Source: Roseibacillus sp. (GTDB lineage Bacteria; Verrucomicrobiota; Verrucomicrobiia; Verrucomicrobiales; Akkermansiaceae). From it: a stretch of 64,000 bases of DNA. Shown one piece after another: positions 49,213 through 58,074 of this stretch; positions within the stretch are counted from its first letter, which is position 1; every line of letters begins with the position of its first letter. The notes below the pieces were generated by a model. That model was not told the origin of the DNA. It did not search any database and worked only from the letters and a program-made list of their open reading frames with translations. The translations under genes were made by a program, and so were the position numbers. The stretch lies in contig CBDEUM010000029.1 in the NCBI GenBank assembly GCA_965242925.1, positions 32,001 through 96,000 of the forward strand. Direction: 5' to 3'.

Positions 49213-50532
49213 TTAGATTTTTTCGATGGTGACGGATCCGTTTACGGTGGTGACGGTTCCCTCGATGCTGGAATGAATACGCGCACCCAGTTTTCCTTCC
49301 GGAATGTCTGCCACCAACTGGCCGGCCCTCACCTTGTCTCCTGCCCGGACCACCGCCTCGGAGGGAGTGCCCACGTGCTGACTGAGCGGGAGGGTCACCT
49401 TGCGAGCCTCGTAATCGATGTCGTGCCAGGGCGCGGGGACATTGTAGCTGGTGACACCCAGCTTTTGCATGAGAGCCTTCAGAGGGACGTGCCGGCCGCC
49501 CTCCATGGGATGCGCCTTCACCTCCGTGGAGGGTCCGAGCCAGCGTTCCAGGCCAGCATCCTTGCGGTCCGCGATGGCCTGGTCACAGGCTTCCTTGGGA
49601 AAGAGATCCTCGGGGCAAGCGTAGAGGGTGCACAGGCCGCAGGCGCAGCAGAGGTCCGCCCACTTGCTCCAGTTGTGCTTGCCGCTGGCGGTGAACCCGA
49701 GGGTTCGCATCACCTTGTGTGGCTGGACGTCATAACCCAGGAGATAGCGTGGGCAGAATTCCGTACAGTAACTGCACTGATCGCAGGCGGACTTGCCGAT
49801 CCGGTGCATGGCCTTGTTGGGCGTGAGGACGCGCTGGACGAGACGGTGACTGGTGGGCAGCACAATGAGCCCACCGGTTGTCTTGGTCACGGGCTGGCTG
49901 AGATCTTCCACCAGTTTTCCCATCATGAGCCCACCCACGAAGACGGAGCAATCGCGGGTGGTTGGGCCCCCCGCGATGTCGATCGCTTCCCGCAGGGTGA
50001 TTCCCACCGGCACAGCCATGCTCATGGGTGTGGCCACCTCCCCGGCTATGGTCAGAATTTTCCTGGTGACGGAGCGTCCCTCCACCGCCTCCGCGATGTT
50101 ATAGAGCGTTTCGGAGTTGTGGACCACCGTTCCGACCTGAAGAGGAATCCCACCGGGTGGAATGAGTCGCCCGGTGCATTCATAGACCAGAACGAACTCA
50201 TCACCTGCGGGATAGTAGTCGCCAAAGAGTTGAATCTTTATTTTCTTGCTCTTGGTTGCCTCCTCCAGGAGGGCCACCGTCCTGGTGCGCTTGGCCTTGA
50301 TGCCGAAAATCGCCTTGTCGGCCCCGGTCGCCTGCATGGAGAACTCCATTCCCCGCAGGACCTGGTCGACGTAGGTTTCAGTGAGTTCGGCGTCCTTGTG
50401 CAGGAGGGGCTCGCACTCCGCGCCATTGGCAAGCACGTACTCGGCATCCGCCTCAAGCTTCACATGAGCGGGAAAGCCTGCACCGCCTGCGCCCACCACG
50501 CCAGCCTCGCGGACTGCTTTAACGATTTCCAT
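49213..50532 (-). CDS. pduS: PduS/RnfC-like FMN, 2x[4Fe-4S] oxidoreductase
   Basis: AGVVGAGGAGFPAHVK, NGAECEPLL, YPAGDE, CDQCSYCTEFCP and CCACGLCTLYACP motifs; C-terminal barrel-sandwich domain. Confidence 0.88.
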   Translation of the reverse strand: MEIVKAVREAGVVGAGGAGFPAHVKLEADAEYVLANGAECEPLLHKDAELTETYVDQVLRGMEFSMQATGADKAIFGIKAKRTRTVALLEEATKSKKIKIQLFGDYYPAGDEFVLVYECTGRLIPPGGIPLQVGTVVHNSETLYNIAEAVEGRSVTRKILTIAGEVATPMSMAVPVGITLREAIDIAGGPTTRDCSVFVGGLMMGKLVEDLSQPVTKTTGGLIVLPTSHRLVQRVLTPNKAMHRIGKSACDQCSYCTEFCPRYLLGYDVQPHKVMRTLGFTASGKHNWSKWADLCCACGLCTLYACPEDLFPKEACDQAIADRKDAGLERWLGPSTEVKAHPMEGGRHVPLKALMQKLGVTSYNVPAPWHDIDYEARKVTLPLSQHVGTPSEAVVRAGDKVRAGQLVADIPEGKLGARIHSSIEGTVTTVNGSVTIEKI

Positions 50533-50656
50533 ATGCCTGCGAGGGAGCATCGTGGATGGGGATTCCGAGTCAAGGGTTGAGAATTTGTCCCGGTGGTCTT
50601 GACCACGGACCTGCCCTTCGGGTTTTTTTCGCCGAACTCCGGCGCGACCGGTAACG

Positions 50657-53158
50657 CTACGTGCTGAAAAGGTCCATTTGTGGGGAATCCGCACGCGGGA
50701 ACGGGATGCCCTCAGCTGGTTGCGGCGTTTTTGATCCCTGGCTTTGGGGGCGTCCGGCGTTCATCTCCAGATGGGTGAGGATCTCCTTCGCTCGATCAAT
50801 AATCGGGGCGGGGAGCCCTGCGAGGCGGGCAACCTGGATGCCGTAGCTCTTGTCAGCCGGTCCGGGGAGGATCTTGCGCAGGAAGATGATGTCTTCCTTC
50901 CACTCGCGCACCGCTACGTTGTAGTTCTCGACGGCCTCTCTGGTATTGGCGAGGTCGCACAGCTCGTGATAATGGGTGGCGAAGAGAGCGCGGCTTTTGA
51001 GGACGTCATGCAGGTGCTCGGCTACCGACCAGGCGATGGAGAGACCGTCGAAGGTCGCGGTACCACGTCCGATTTCATCGAGAATAACCAGGCTGCGGTC
51101 AGTGGCATTGTTGACGATGAGGGAGGTTTCGTTCATTTCCACCATGAAGGTCGACTGGCCCCGGGCGAGGTCGTCACTGGCACCCACCCGGCAGAAGATA
51201 CGGTCGACCAGACCGATCCGCGCGGACTCGGCGGGAACGTAGGCGCCGATCTGGGCCATCAGGACGATGAGAGCGACCTGGCGGATGTAGGTTGATTTTC
51301 CCGCCATATTGGGACCGGTGAGGATGAGAAGACGCGAATCGTCGTGGAGGAGTCTTGAGTCGTTGGGAACAAACTTTTCCTCGACAAGGGTCTGCTCCAG
51401 CACGGGGTGCCGACCGTTGACGATTTCGAGATCGCGCGAGTCATCGAGGACCGGGCGGGTGTGCTGGTAGAGCTGTGCGGTCTCGGCCAGGCCCAGCAGG
51501 ACATCCAGGGTGGCGAGTCCGTTGGCGCATTGCTGCAGTTCGTCGAGGTGACAGGTGATTTCACTGCGAAGTTTGAGGAATTCCTCGTACTCCAGTTGCT
51601 TGGCCCGTTCGTCAGCACCCAGAACCTTGCTCTCGACCTCCTTCAGGCCGGGGGTGATGTAGCGTTCGGCATTGGCCATGGTCTGCTTGCGCTGGTAGTC
51701 CTCAGGAACCTTGGAAAGGTTGGCCTTGGTCACTTCGATAAAATAGCCGAAGACGTTGTTGAACTTGATCTTGAGCGAGTCGATCCCGGTCCGTTTACGT
51801 TCGCTCTGCTGCATCTGGGCGATCCATTCCTTGCCATCGCGGGAAGCGGAGCGCAGCTCATCGAGTTCCGTCGAGAACCCATCCCTCATGAGGCCTCCTT
51901 CCCTGGGGGAGACCGGCGGTTCGTCGACGAGAGCATTCTCCAGTAACTCCACCAGTTCGGGAAACTCGTGGAGCTGTTGGAGAATTTCGGTTTTCAGGTG
52001 GCAGATTTCAGGTTGCTGGGAGGGGAGGGCATCCAAATCGGCGCGGAGGGATGGAATCTGAGAGAGAGAAGTCTGCAGGGCCTGAAGGTCGCGGGGATTA
52101 CCTGAGCCCTGGGCCAGGCGACCGGTGCAGCGCTCGATATCGCGGATGTCCTTCAGGCTCTCCCGGCAGTGAGTGAGCAGGAAGCTCTCGGCGAGGAAAC
52201 TGCCGATAAGATCGTGCCGTGCTTCCAAGGTGTCACGGTCCGAGATGGGATGGAGGATCCAGTCGCGCAGTTTACGGGCTCCCATCGGGGTGGCAGTGCG
52301 ATCGAGCACACCCAGCAGGGTGTGCTGGCGACCGGAGCGCGAGTCGACAAGATCGAGGTTGTGCTGGGAGGCGGTGTCGATGGCAACCTGCTCGCCGATC
52401 TGCCGCACGGCCAATCCGCGAAGGTGATCACAGGAGCGGCGCAGCTGGTAGGAAAGATAGTGCAGGATCGCACCCGCTGCGCTGAGGGCAGGGTGCATGT
52501 CGGCGCAGCCGAATCCGTCGAGCGACTGCACCTTGAAATGGTCGCGCAGGGTGTGGACGGCCTGATCCAGGAGAAACGCGTATCCGTCGTAGGGCAGGTT
52601 GTCAGGGAGGCTGCCGAGGACCTGGAGCTGCTCGTCGGAGATGAGGAGTTCGGAGGGAGCCAGCCTGGTGAGCTCGTCTTCCAGCTGCTGGCGGTCGGGA
52701 AACTCCGCCAACGTGAATTCACCGGTGGAGTGATCAACCACCGCGAGGCCGAAGGCGTCCCGGTGTTCGTAGACCGCGGCGAGGTAATTGTGGCGGCGGT
52801 CATCGAGCAGAGAGAGGTTGTCGATGGTGCCGGCCGAGATGATCTGGGAGATCTCCCGGTCCACGATCTTGCCGGGCACCGGTTCGGAGGTCTGCTCCCC
52901 GATAGCCACCCGCCTGCCCTGCTTGATGAGCTTGGCGATGTAGTTTTCCGCAGCGTGGTGAGGGACACCACACATGGGAACTCCACCCCGTTTGGTGAGA
53001 GCCACATTGAGGAGTCCGGCGGCCTCTTTGGCATCCTCGAAAAACATTTCGTAGAAGTCGCCGAGCCGGAAGAAGAGAAGCACATCGTCGGGAAGCGAGC
53101 GGCGCATCGCCTGGTACTGCGCCATCATGGGGGTGAGCTTGCCTTCCTTGCCGGCCAC
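50657..53158 (-). CDS. mutS: DNA mismatch repair protein MutS
   Basis: TPMMAQY, RLGDFYE, TGPNMAGKST, STFMVEM, DEIGRGT, FATHYHEL and SYGIQVA motifs. Confidence 0.99.
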   Translation of the reverse strand: MAGKEGKLTPMMAQYQAMRRSLPDDVLLFFRLGDFYEMFFEDAKEAAGLLNVALTKRGGVPMCGVPHHAAENYIAKLIKQGRRVAIGEQTSEPVPGKIVDREISQIISAGTIDNLSLLDDRRHNYLAAVYEHRDAFGLAVVDHSTGEFTLAEFPDRQQLEDELTRLAPSELLISDEQLQVLGSLPDNLPYDGYAFLLDQAVHTLRDHFKVQSLDGFGCADMHPALSAAGAILHYLSYQLRRSCDHLRGLAVRQIGEQVAIDTASQHNLDLVDSRSGRQHTLLGVLDRTATPMGARKLRDWILHPISDRDTLEARHDLIGSFLAESFLLTHCRESLKDIRDIERCTGRLAQGSGNPRDLQALQTSLSQIPSLRADLDALPSQQPEICHLKTEILQQLHEFPELVELLENALVDEPPVSPREGGLMRDGFSTELDELRSASRDGKEWIAQMQQSERKRTGIDSLKIKFNNVFGYFIEVTKANLSKVPEDYQRKQTMANAERYITPGLKEVESKVLGADERAKQLEYEEFLKLRSEITCHLDELQQCANGLATLDVLLGLAETAQLYQHTRPVLDDSRDLEIVNGRHPVLEQTLVEEKFVPNDSRLLHDDSRLLILTGPNMAGKSTYIRQVALIVLMAQIGAYVPAESARIGLVDRIFCRVGASDDLARGQSTFMVEMNETSLIVNNATDRSLVILDEIGRGTATFDGLSIAWSVAEHLHDVLKSRALFATHYHELCDLANTREAVENYNVAVREWKEDIIFLRKILPGPADKSYGIQVARLAGLPAPIIDRAKEILTHLEMNAGRPQSQGSKTPQPAEGIPFPRADSPQMDLFST

Positions 53159-53457
53159 GGAGTGAGGTTCTAACCGGGGAGGCCGACGATTGAACGCGAA
53201 AGTTATTCACAGAAGGCCGTCCGGGTGACGGCGGGGAGCAGCAAGGACGAAAAGAGGGCCCCATGGATCCTGATGGACTGGAGAGTGGCTGAGGGGAGGT
53301 TCTCCTCGTTCTGCAGTTTCGGGATGTCTGGTGAACCGGGGCGGGCATGGGTGATATGGAGGCGCCCGATTGCGCTGGGTGCGCCCGGGCCAATAAGTTG
53401 ATCGGACTTTGAAGTGGAGTTTGTGATTGCGGTGGCAGGTTGCTAGGCTACCTGACC

Positions 53458-54231
53458 TTGAAAGGAATTATCCCGATCCTCCTTGCGAATTTCGGACTAC
53501 TTCTTCCGCTGGTCTTGGCCCGTGAACCGTGGGATCAGGCGGAAGCCAAGAAGATGGTGTCCAAGGTGTTGGAGGTTGAGGAGGCGGGCAAACTTTCGTG
53601 GAATCGCATCCCCTGGCGGATCCATGTCGCAAATGCGGTGAAGGAGGCCAGGACTACGGGCAAACCGCTCTTTGTGTTCTTCTACATGCCCCAGAAAGGC
53701 CCTCCCCAGGAACCCTGCGGGCTGGAGGGGCGCCTCCTACGCGCTCATGCCCTGTCCGATTCCAAGATCATCGGGGTGATCAAGGGCCACTGTGTGCCGG
53801 TGAAGATTCAGCTCAAAAAAGGGCAGGAGTATCCGATTGACTGGCCCGCCCTGAAGAAGTGGGCGACCGCTTACAAGTTTTCGAATGGTCGTGGGTTCAC
53901 GGGGTGTTCGGTGGTGAGCTCCGATCTCGCCGTTGAGTTCGGAAACAGCGGTTTTGCCAGGATTTCCGAGATGCTTGAGTCCCGTGCCTTCGATCCCAAG
54001 GAATTCCATGCCATGCTGGTTCGGGCCATGGCCCGGGTGAATGAAGAGCGCTCCTTACGCGTCCAGCGTGGGATCAGTGACGACGAACGGAAGCTGGAGA
54101 TCGAGCGCTTTCGCCAGGGGGTGACGCGGGCAGTGCAGAGTGAAAGTCGCCGCCAGTTCCCGCCGCAGGGATATTCTCTTGAGCAGGCCCTTGAGCTCTA
54201 CCGGATGGCTGGGATAGTGATCTCGAAATAG
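53458..54231 (+). CDS. Hypothetical exported protein with thioredoxin-like fold features (start uncertain)
   Basis: Signal peptide; WNRIPW...AVKEARTTGKPLFVFF...PCGLEGR...HCVPVK. Confidence 0.65.
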   Translation: MKGIIPILLANFGLLLPLVLAREPWDQAEAKKMVSKVLEVEEAGKLSWNRIPWRIHVANAVKEARTTGKPLFVFFYMPQKGPPQEPCGLEGRLLRAHALSDSKIIGVIKGHCVPVKIQLKKGQEYPIDWPALKKWATAYKFSNGRGFTGCSVVSSDLAVEFGNSGFARISEMLESRAFDPKEFHAMLVRAMARVNEERSLRVQRGISDDERKLEIERFRQGVTRAVQSESRRQFPPQGYSLEQALELYRMAGIVISK

Positions 54232-54332
54232 GGTTGGGGCCCCCGCGTGCCTTTTCCGGCGGAGGGGAGAGTATTTGATGAAGGTCAAGAGAATTTGACA
54301 AATCTGGTGGCCTTCGCGAGTAATGGGGCGTC

Positions 54333-54791
54333 ATGAAGAAAGAGTCATTCCACAAGCTGATTACCTTGGTTGCCGCCGTGGGCCTGTTCGGGTTGGCCCC
54401 CCATGCCCGGGGCGGGGAGGAGACAGAGAAGCCCGAACCGAAGGACATGGGAGAGGCCATGGACCTTATGAGCGGATCACTCAAGCGGCTGCGTCGGCTC
54501 AGGAGAGATCCTGAGCGTTGGACCAAGAGCGCAGCCCTGGTCGCGGAGGGATCGCGGATCGTCGTTGCATCCATGAAGTGGATTCCGAAACAGATCTTAG
54601 AGCTGCCTGAGGGGCCGGAGAAGATCAGGGCACTCGCAGATTCACGTCGTCTCATGGGACTCACCCTCGTCGGCTACGCCGAACTGGAACTGGCCTTCCT
54701 TGCCAAGGATGAAGAAAAGGTGGAAGAGACCCTCGATAAGCTGAAGGAGATCAAGGCCGAATCCCACGACAAGTATAACAGGGGGGAGTAG
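54333..54791 (+). CDS. Cytochrome b562-like four-helix bundle protein
   Basis: Signal peptide; N-terminal Met (EAMDLMS) and C-terminal SHDKY as candidate heme ligands; no CxxCH. Confidence 0.65.
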   Translation: MKKESFHKLITLVAAVGLFGLAPHARGGEETEKPEPKDMGEAMDLMSGSLKRLRRLRRDPERWTKSAALVAEGSRIVVASMKWIPKQILELPEGPEKIRALADSRRLMGLTLVGYAELELAFLAKDEEKVEETLDKLKEIKAESHDKYNRGE

Positions 54792-54878
54792 GGGGCGCCA
54801 CAGACCGTTTTCACAGCAAGGCGGGGATTGGTCCGCGCCTTTCCTGTGGAAGGAGAAAACGTCAGAAGGTCAGGTTCC

Positions 54879-55550
54879 CTACCTTTGAACGTCTTGCAGC
54901 ACGATGCTGACGGGGGTGCCGATGGCCAGCTTTGGGTAGATCGTGGAGGCCACCTTGGAGGGTATGCGGACACAGCCGTGCGAGGCAGGATAGCGGGGGA
55001 CACGCCCCTGGTGCATGCCGAGCCCTTTCCAGCTCAAGCGCATCCAGTAGGGCATGGCAGCTCCCTTGAACTCCCCACCCTCGGGGACTTCGTCTTCCGT
55101 AATGTCAGCATCGGTCTTGTGGACCTTGCCCTCGGCGTCGTAAATCGTCCCGTAGAGGTTGGATTCTTTCTCGCGCTCGATCTTTTCCACAATCCGGTAG
55201 TTACCCGGCGGGGTGGGGAAAGTCCTCCTGCCGGAGGCGATGGGGTAATCCATCGCGATATCCTTGCGGTTGTAGATCCTGGCCCGTTGCAGGGAGAGAT
55301 CGATTTCAACCCGGATATTGTCCTTTTCCAACGCACCGAAAGCGGTGGAATTCTTATAGACGTTGTAAGTCTTGGGATAGGACGGCTCGGCTGTGAAGTA
55401 AGCGTAGGATCCCGGGGGATACGGGTTGACCCATTGGGCCTTGAGGATCTTCTTCTGATTGGGATTCGGTTCGGGCGCAATCGTGCAACTGGTCGTGACG
55501 GCAACCGCAGCAAGCAGAAGGGCGGAGAGGAGAGTCTTTGGAAGGTTCAT
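54879..55550 (-). CDS. L,D-transpeptidase (YkuD) lipoprotein
   Basis: Lipobox TTS-C; IASGR..FPTPPG, MPYWMRL and MHQG...ASHGCVR motifs. Confidence 0.92.
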   Translation of the reverse strand: MNLPKTLLSALLLAAVAVTTSCTIAPEPNPNQKKILKAQWVNPYPPGSYAYFTAEPSYPKTYNVYKNSTAFGALEKDNIRVEIDLSLQRARIYNRKDIAMDYPIASGRRTFPTPPGNYRIVEKIEREKESNLYGTIYDAEGKVHKTDADITEDEVPEGGEFKGAAMPYWMRLSWKGLGMHQGRVPRYPASHGCVRIPSKVASTIYPKLAIGTPVSIVLQDVQR

Positions 55551-55601
55551 GGAGATTCCCGACACTTGGACGGAAGTATTCTAACACCTTGATTTGCAAG
55601 C

Positions 55602-56480
55602 TCAAGCTTCCGATGCATCCTCTGGTTGGCAGGTTGGGCACCAGGCTGTGGTGCGGGTGGCGATTGTTCCGCGTGCGAGGCTGGAGCGGCAGCGGGGGCA
55701 GCAACCGCCGGCCTTCCACCGGTGTTGGAAGAGCCAGGAACGGGGTGGAACCTGTTCCACATAGCGTCCCGGGGAAAACCCCCGGGCCCTGTCGAGAGGT
55801 GCGTTCTTATCGGCGACGTGGCGCAGCGCCCCTCGGCATACCTGCCGGCTCACGGTGCGCAGGCGGGCCAGATCGAGAGCCTGCAGACGTATTCCCGGGT
55901 GACAGGGAAGCCGCCAGCAGATCTCATCGGCCATCCAGTTGCCGACCCCGGGGAAAACAGTCTGGTCAAGCAGGAGAGCCTTGAGGGTGGTCCCTCTGCG
56001 ACGAGCGGTCAACCGACGCAGGCAGGCGATCGTGAATTCCGGGTCCAGCACTTCCACGGGTAGTTCCGTCCAGGGGTCGAGGCAGGGTTGGTGGAGGAGA
56101 ACGCGTCCAAACTGCCGATAGTCTGAATAGACCAGGGCGAGTCTTGGCGTGCGCAGGATGAAGTGATCGTGTTTGGTGGGCTCATGATCAGGGTCTGCCA
56201 GGAAGAGTCGTCCCGACATGCCGAGGTGGATCTCAAGGTGGGTTGTTGGATGCGTGCCTGTGGAATTGCAGGAACTTCTGTCTCCAAAACTGAAGAGAAG
56301 ACGCTTGCCGTGCGTCCGGCTGCGAACAATAAAACTGTTAGGCAAGGTGGATTCAAGGATGGAGGCCGGTGTATCCCGGTAAACGCGGGTGCGGGGATGA
56401 GAGTCCACTGCTACGATCCGCTGGCCTGTTCCGGGTTCCCAGATCCGGCGGGCGAGTTCCACTTCGGCGAGTTCGGGCAT
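55602..56480 (-). CDS. mutM: Fpg/Nei family DNA glycosylase
   Basis: MPELAEVE, HLGMSG, LLDQ..FPGVGNWMADE and C-terminal CPRC...CPTCQ zinc finger. Confidence 0.88.
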   Translation of the reverse strand: MPELAEVELARRIWEPGTGQRIVAVDSHPRTRVYRDTPASILESTLPNSFIVRSRTHGKRLLFSFGDRSSCNSTGTHPTTHLEIHLGMSGRLFLADPDHEPTKHDHFILRTPRLALVYSDYRQFGRVLLHQPCLDPWTELPVEVLDPEFTIACLRRLTARRRGTTLKALLLDQTVFPGVGNWMADEICWRLPCHPGIRLQALDLARLRTVSRQVCRGALRHVADKNAPLDRARGFSPGRYVEQVPPRSWLFQHRWKAGGCCPRCRSSLARGTIATRTTAWCPTCQPEDASEA

Positions 56481-56554
56481 ACTGGGCAGCAGGTTTGGAA
56501 GTCAGATCCTGGATTTTGTGCGTCCGGGGTTGTCAGCCGGTGCAGGGTGATCAT

Positions 56555-58012
56555 TCACTTCCGGAGAGGGACGTTCGACGGTGTTTTTCTTTGCGTTTTT
56601 TCCAGCAGTCTTCTGGTCTCCGGATGTCCCGGTTCCAAGGTCTCGGCCCGTTTGAGCAGGGAAGCTGCGGGAGCGAAGTTCTTGTTCTCATCGATCCAGA
56701 GGCGGGCCAGTTCCCGGAGAGCGTGGGCAGATGTTCCGGGTTGCTCGGGTGGAATGGCTCGAATGGCGTTACGGAGACGGTTCTCTGCGCTGGCCCGGTC
56801 TCCGGTCTGGAGGAGAGCCCCCGCAAATTCGATCTGGAAGCCGGCGTCGAGGACATCCCGGGCGGAGGGGTGCCCTGAGTCCCGGGCGAGAGCCTCGGCT
56901 TGACGAAAGAGCCGGGAGGCCGCTGCGGGGTCTCCGTCGCGGAGGGTGGCAATGGCCAGGCGCGCAGCCAGAGCGGGATGCTCAGGGTGGTCGAAGCGGG
57001 CCTTCTCCAGGATAAGGCGGGCCAGATGAGGCTTCTTGAGTTCAAGGAACTGATCGGCCAGCTGGAGGAAGTCATCCGGCGCACCTCCGGCAATGCGGAG
57101 AACCTCGGCGCGATGATGGAGAGATTTGTCGGGGTTTCCGTTACGGGCGTAGAACTGGGCGAGAGCCTTGTGGGCGAGCGTCTGGTGGGGATCGATCTGG
57201 AGGGTTTCCTGCAGGGTTCTGAGGGCGGCCTTCTCCTGTTTGTCATAGAGCTGGAGGAGGCCGAGCCGGGTTCGCAGGTCCAGGGAATCGGGCTGGAGTT
57301 CCAGATGTTTCTGGAGCACGCCGATGGCTTTTCCGAGGCGGCCAGTCTGGCGGTAGTAGTCCGAGGCGCGGCGGGCGGCCATCGCGATCTGCACGCCGGT
57401 TTCGACGGTTTTCTCTGTGATGTGCTCAAGAGCTTCCTGTAGTTCCGGAGAGCCTCCCGGCAGAAGAGTCTGGGCGATGGGAGGTAAGGCCATCCAGTGT
57501 TCGAGACCCGCGTCCTTGGCCTCCAGCTGAGCCTGGAAGAGGGCCAGGGACTTGTCCCGCTGGCCGAGATTCTCGTGCAGGTGGATGAGGCGGGTATAAA
57601 CCTCATGGTGGTGGGGGAATCGTCCGGCAGCTTCGGTCAAGAGCTTTGTGGCAGCGCGCTGAGCGACCGCATCACGAGCAGCGTAATTCTCCAGGAAGTC
57701 GGCGTAGTAGAGCTGGGAGACCAGGTGATCGGGTTGTGCTTCAGCATAGCTCCGCAAAGTTCTGGCGGCCGCGGAAAGATCCCCGTCTTCCCGTTGCAGC
57801 CGGGCCGTCTTGCGTGCCACCGGAAAGGAGTCGGCATCCTCCTGGAGAACAGCCTCAAAGTGTTGGCGTGCGGACTTGGTGTTGCCGTTCAAATCCGCGA
57901 AGACGCCCCTGGCATACGCGGCCAGATCTTTCCCGGCAGAGTTCTGCTCTCCCCAGGCTGGAGCGCTGAGGAGAAGAACGATGACGGATCTGGAAAGGAA
58001 AGCGGCGGTCAT
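56555..58012 (-). CDS. Exported TPR-repeat protein
   Basis: Signal peptide from M at 58012; repeated helical A..L..P units. Confidence 0.8.
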   Translation of the reverse strand: MTAAFLSRSVIVLLLSAPAWGEQNSAGKDLAAYARGVFADLNGNTKSARQHFEAVLQEDADSFPVARKTARLQREDGDLSAAARTLRSYAEAQPDHLVSQLYYADFLENYAARDAVAQRAATKLLTEAAGRFPHHHEVYTRLIHLHENLGQRDKSLALFQAQLEAKDAGLEHWMALPPIAQTLLPGGSPELQEALEHITEKTVETGVQIAMAARRASDYYRQTGRLGKAIGVLQKHLELQPDSLDLRTRLGLLQLYDKQEKAALRTLQETLQIDPHQTLAHKALAQFYARNGNPDKSLHHRAEVLRIAGGAPDDFLQLADQFLELKKPHLARLILEKARFDHPEHPALAARLAIATLRDGDPAAASRLFRQAEALARDSGHPSARDVLDAGFQIEFAGALLQTGDRASAENRLRNAIRAIPPEQPGTSAHALRELARLWIDENKNFAPAASLLKRAETLEPGHPETRRLLEKTQRKTPSNVPLRK

Positions 58013-58043
58013 GGACCGCCGCCAGGATAAACGAAGATTAGGG

Positions 58044-58062
58044 ATCTGAAATCTGAAATCTG
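58044..58062. repeat. Short heptamer tandem repeat (ATCTGAA)n
   Basis: ATCTGAA ATCTGAA ATCTG in an intergenic spacer. Confidence 0.6.
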
Positions 58063-58074
58063 CGATTAGAGGGA

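Noticed and set aside
48520..50580. 686-aa plus-strand ORF
   Set aside because: Antisense shadow of pduS/pduT.
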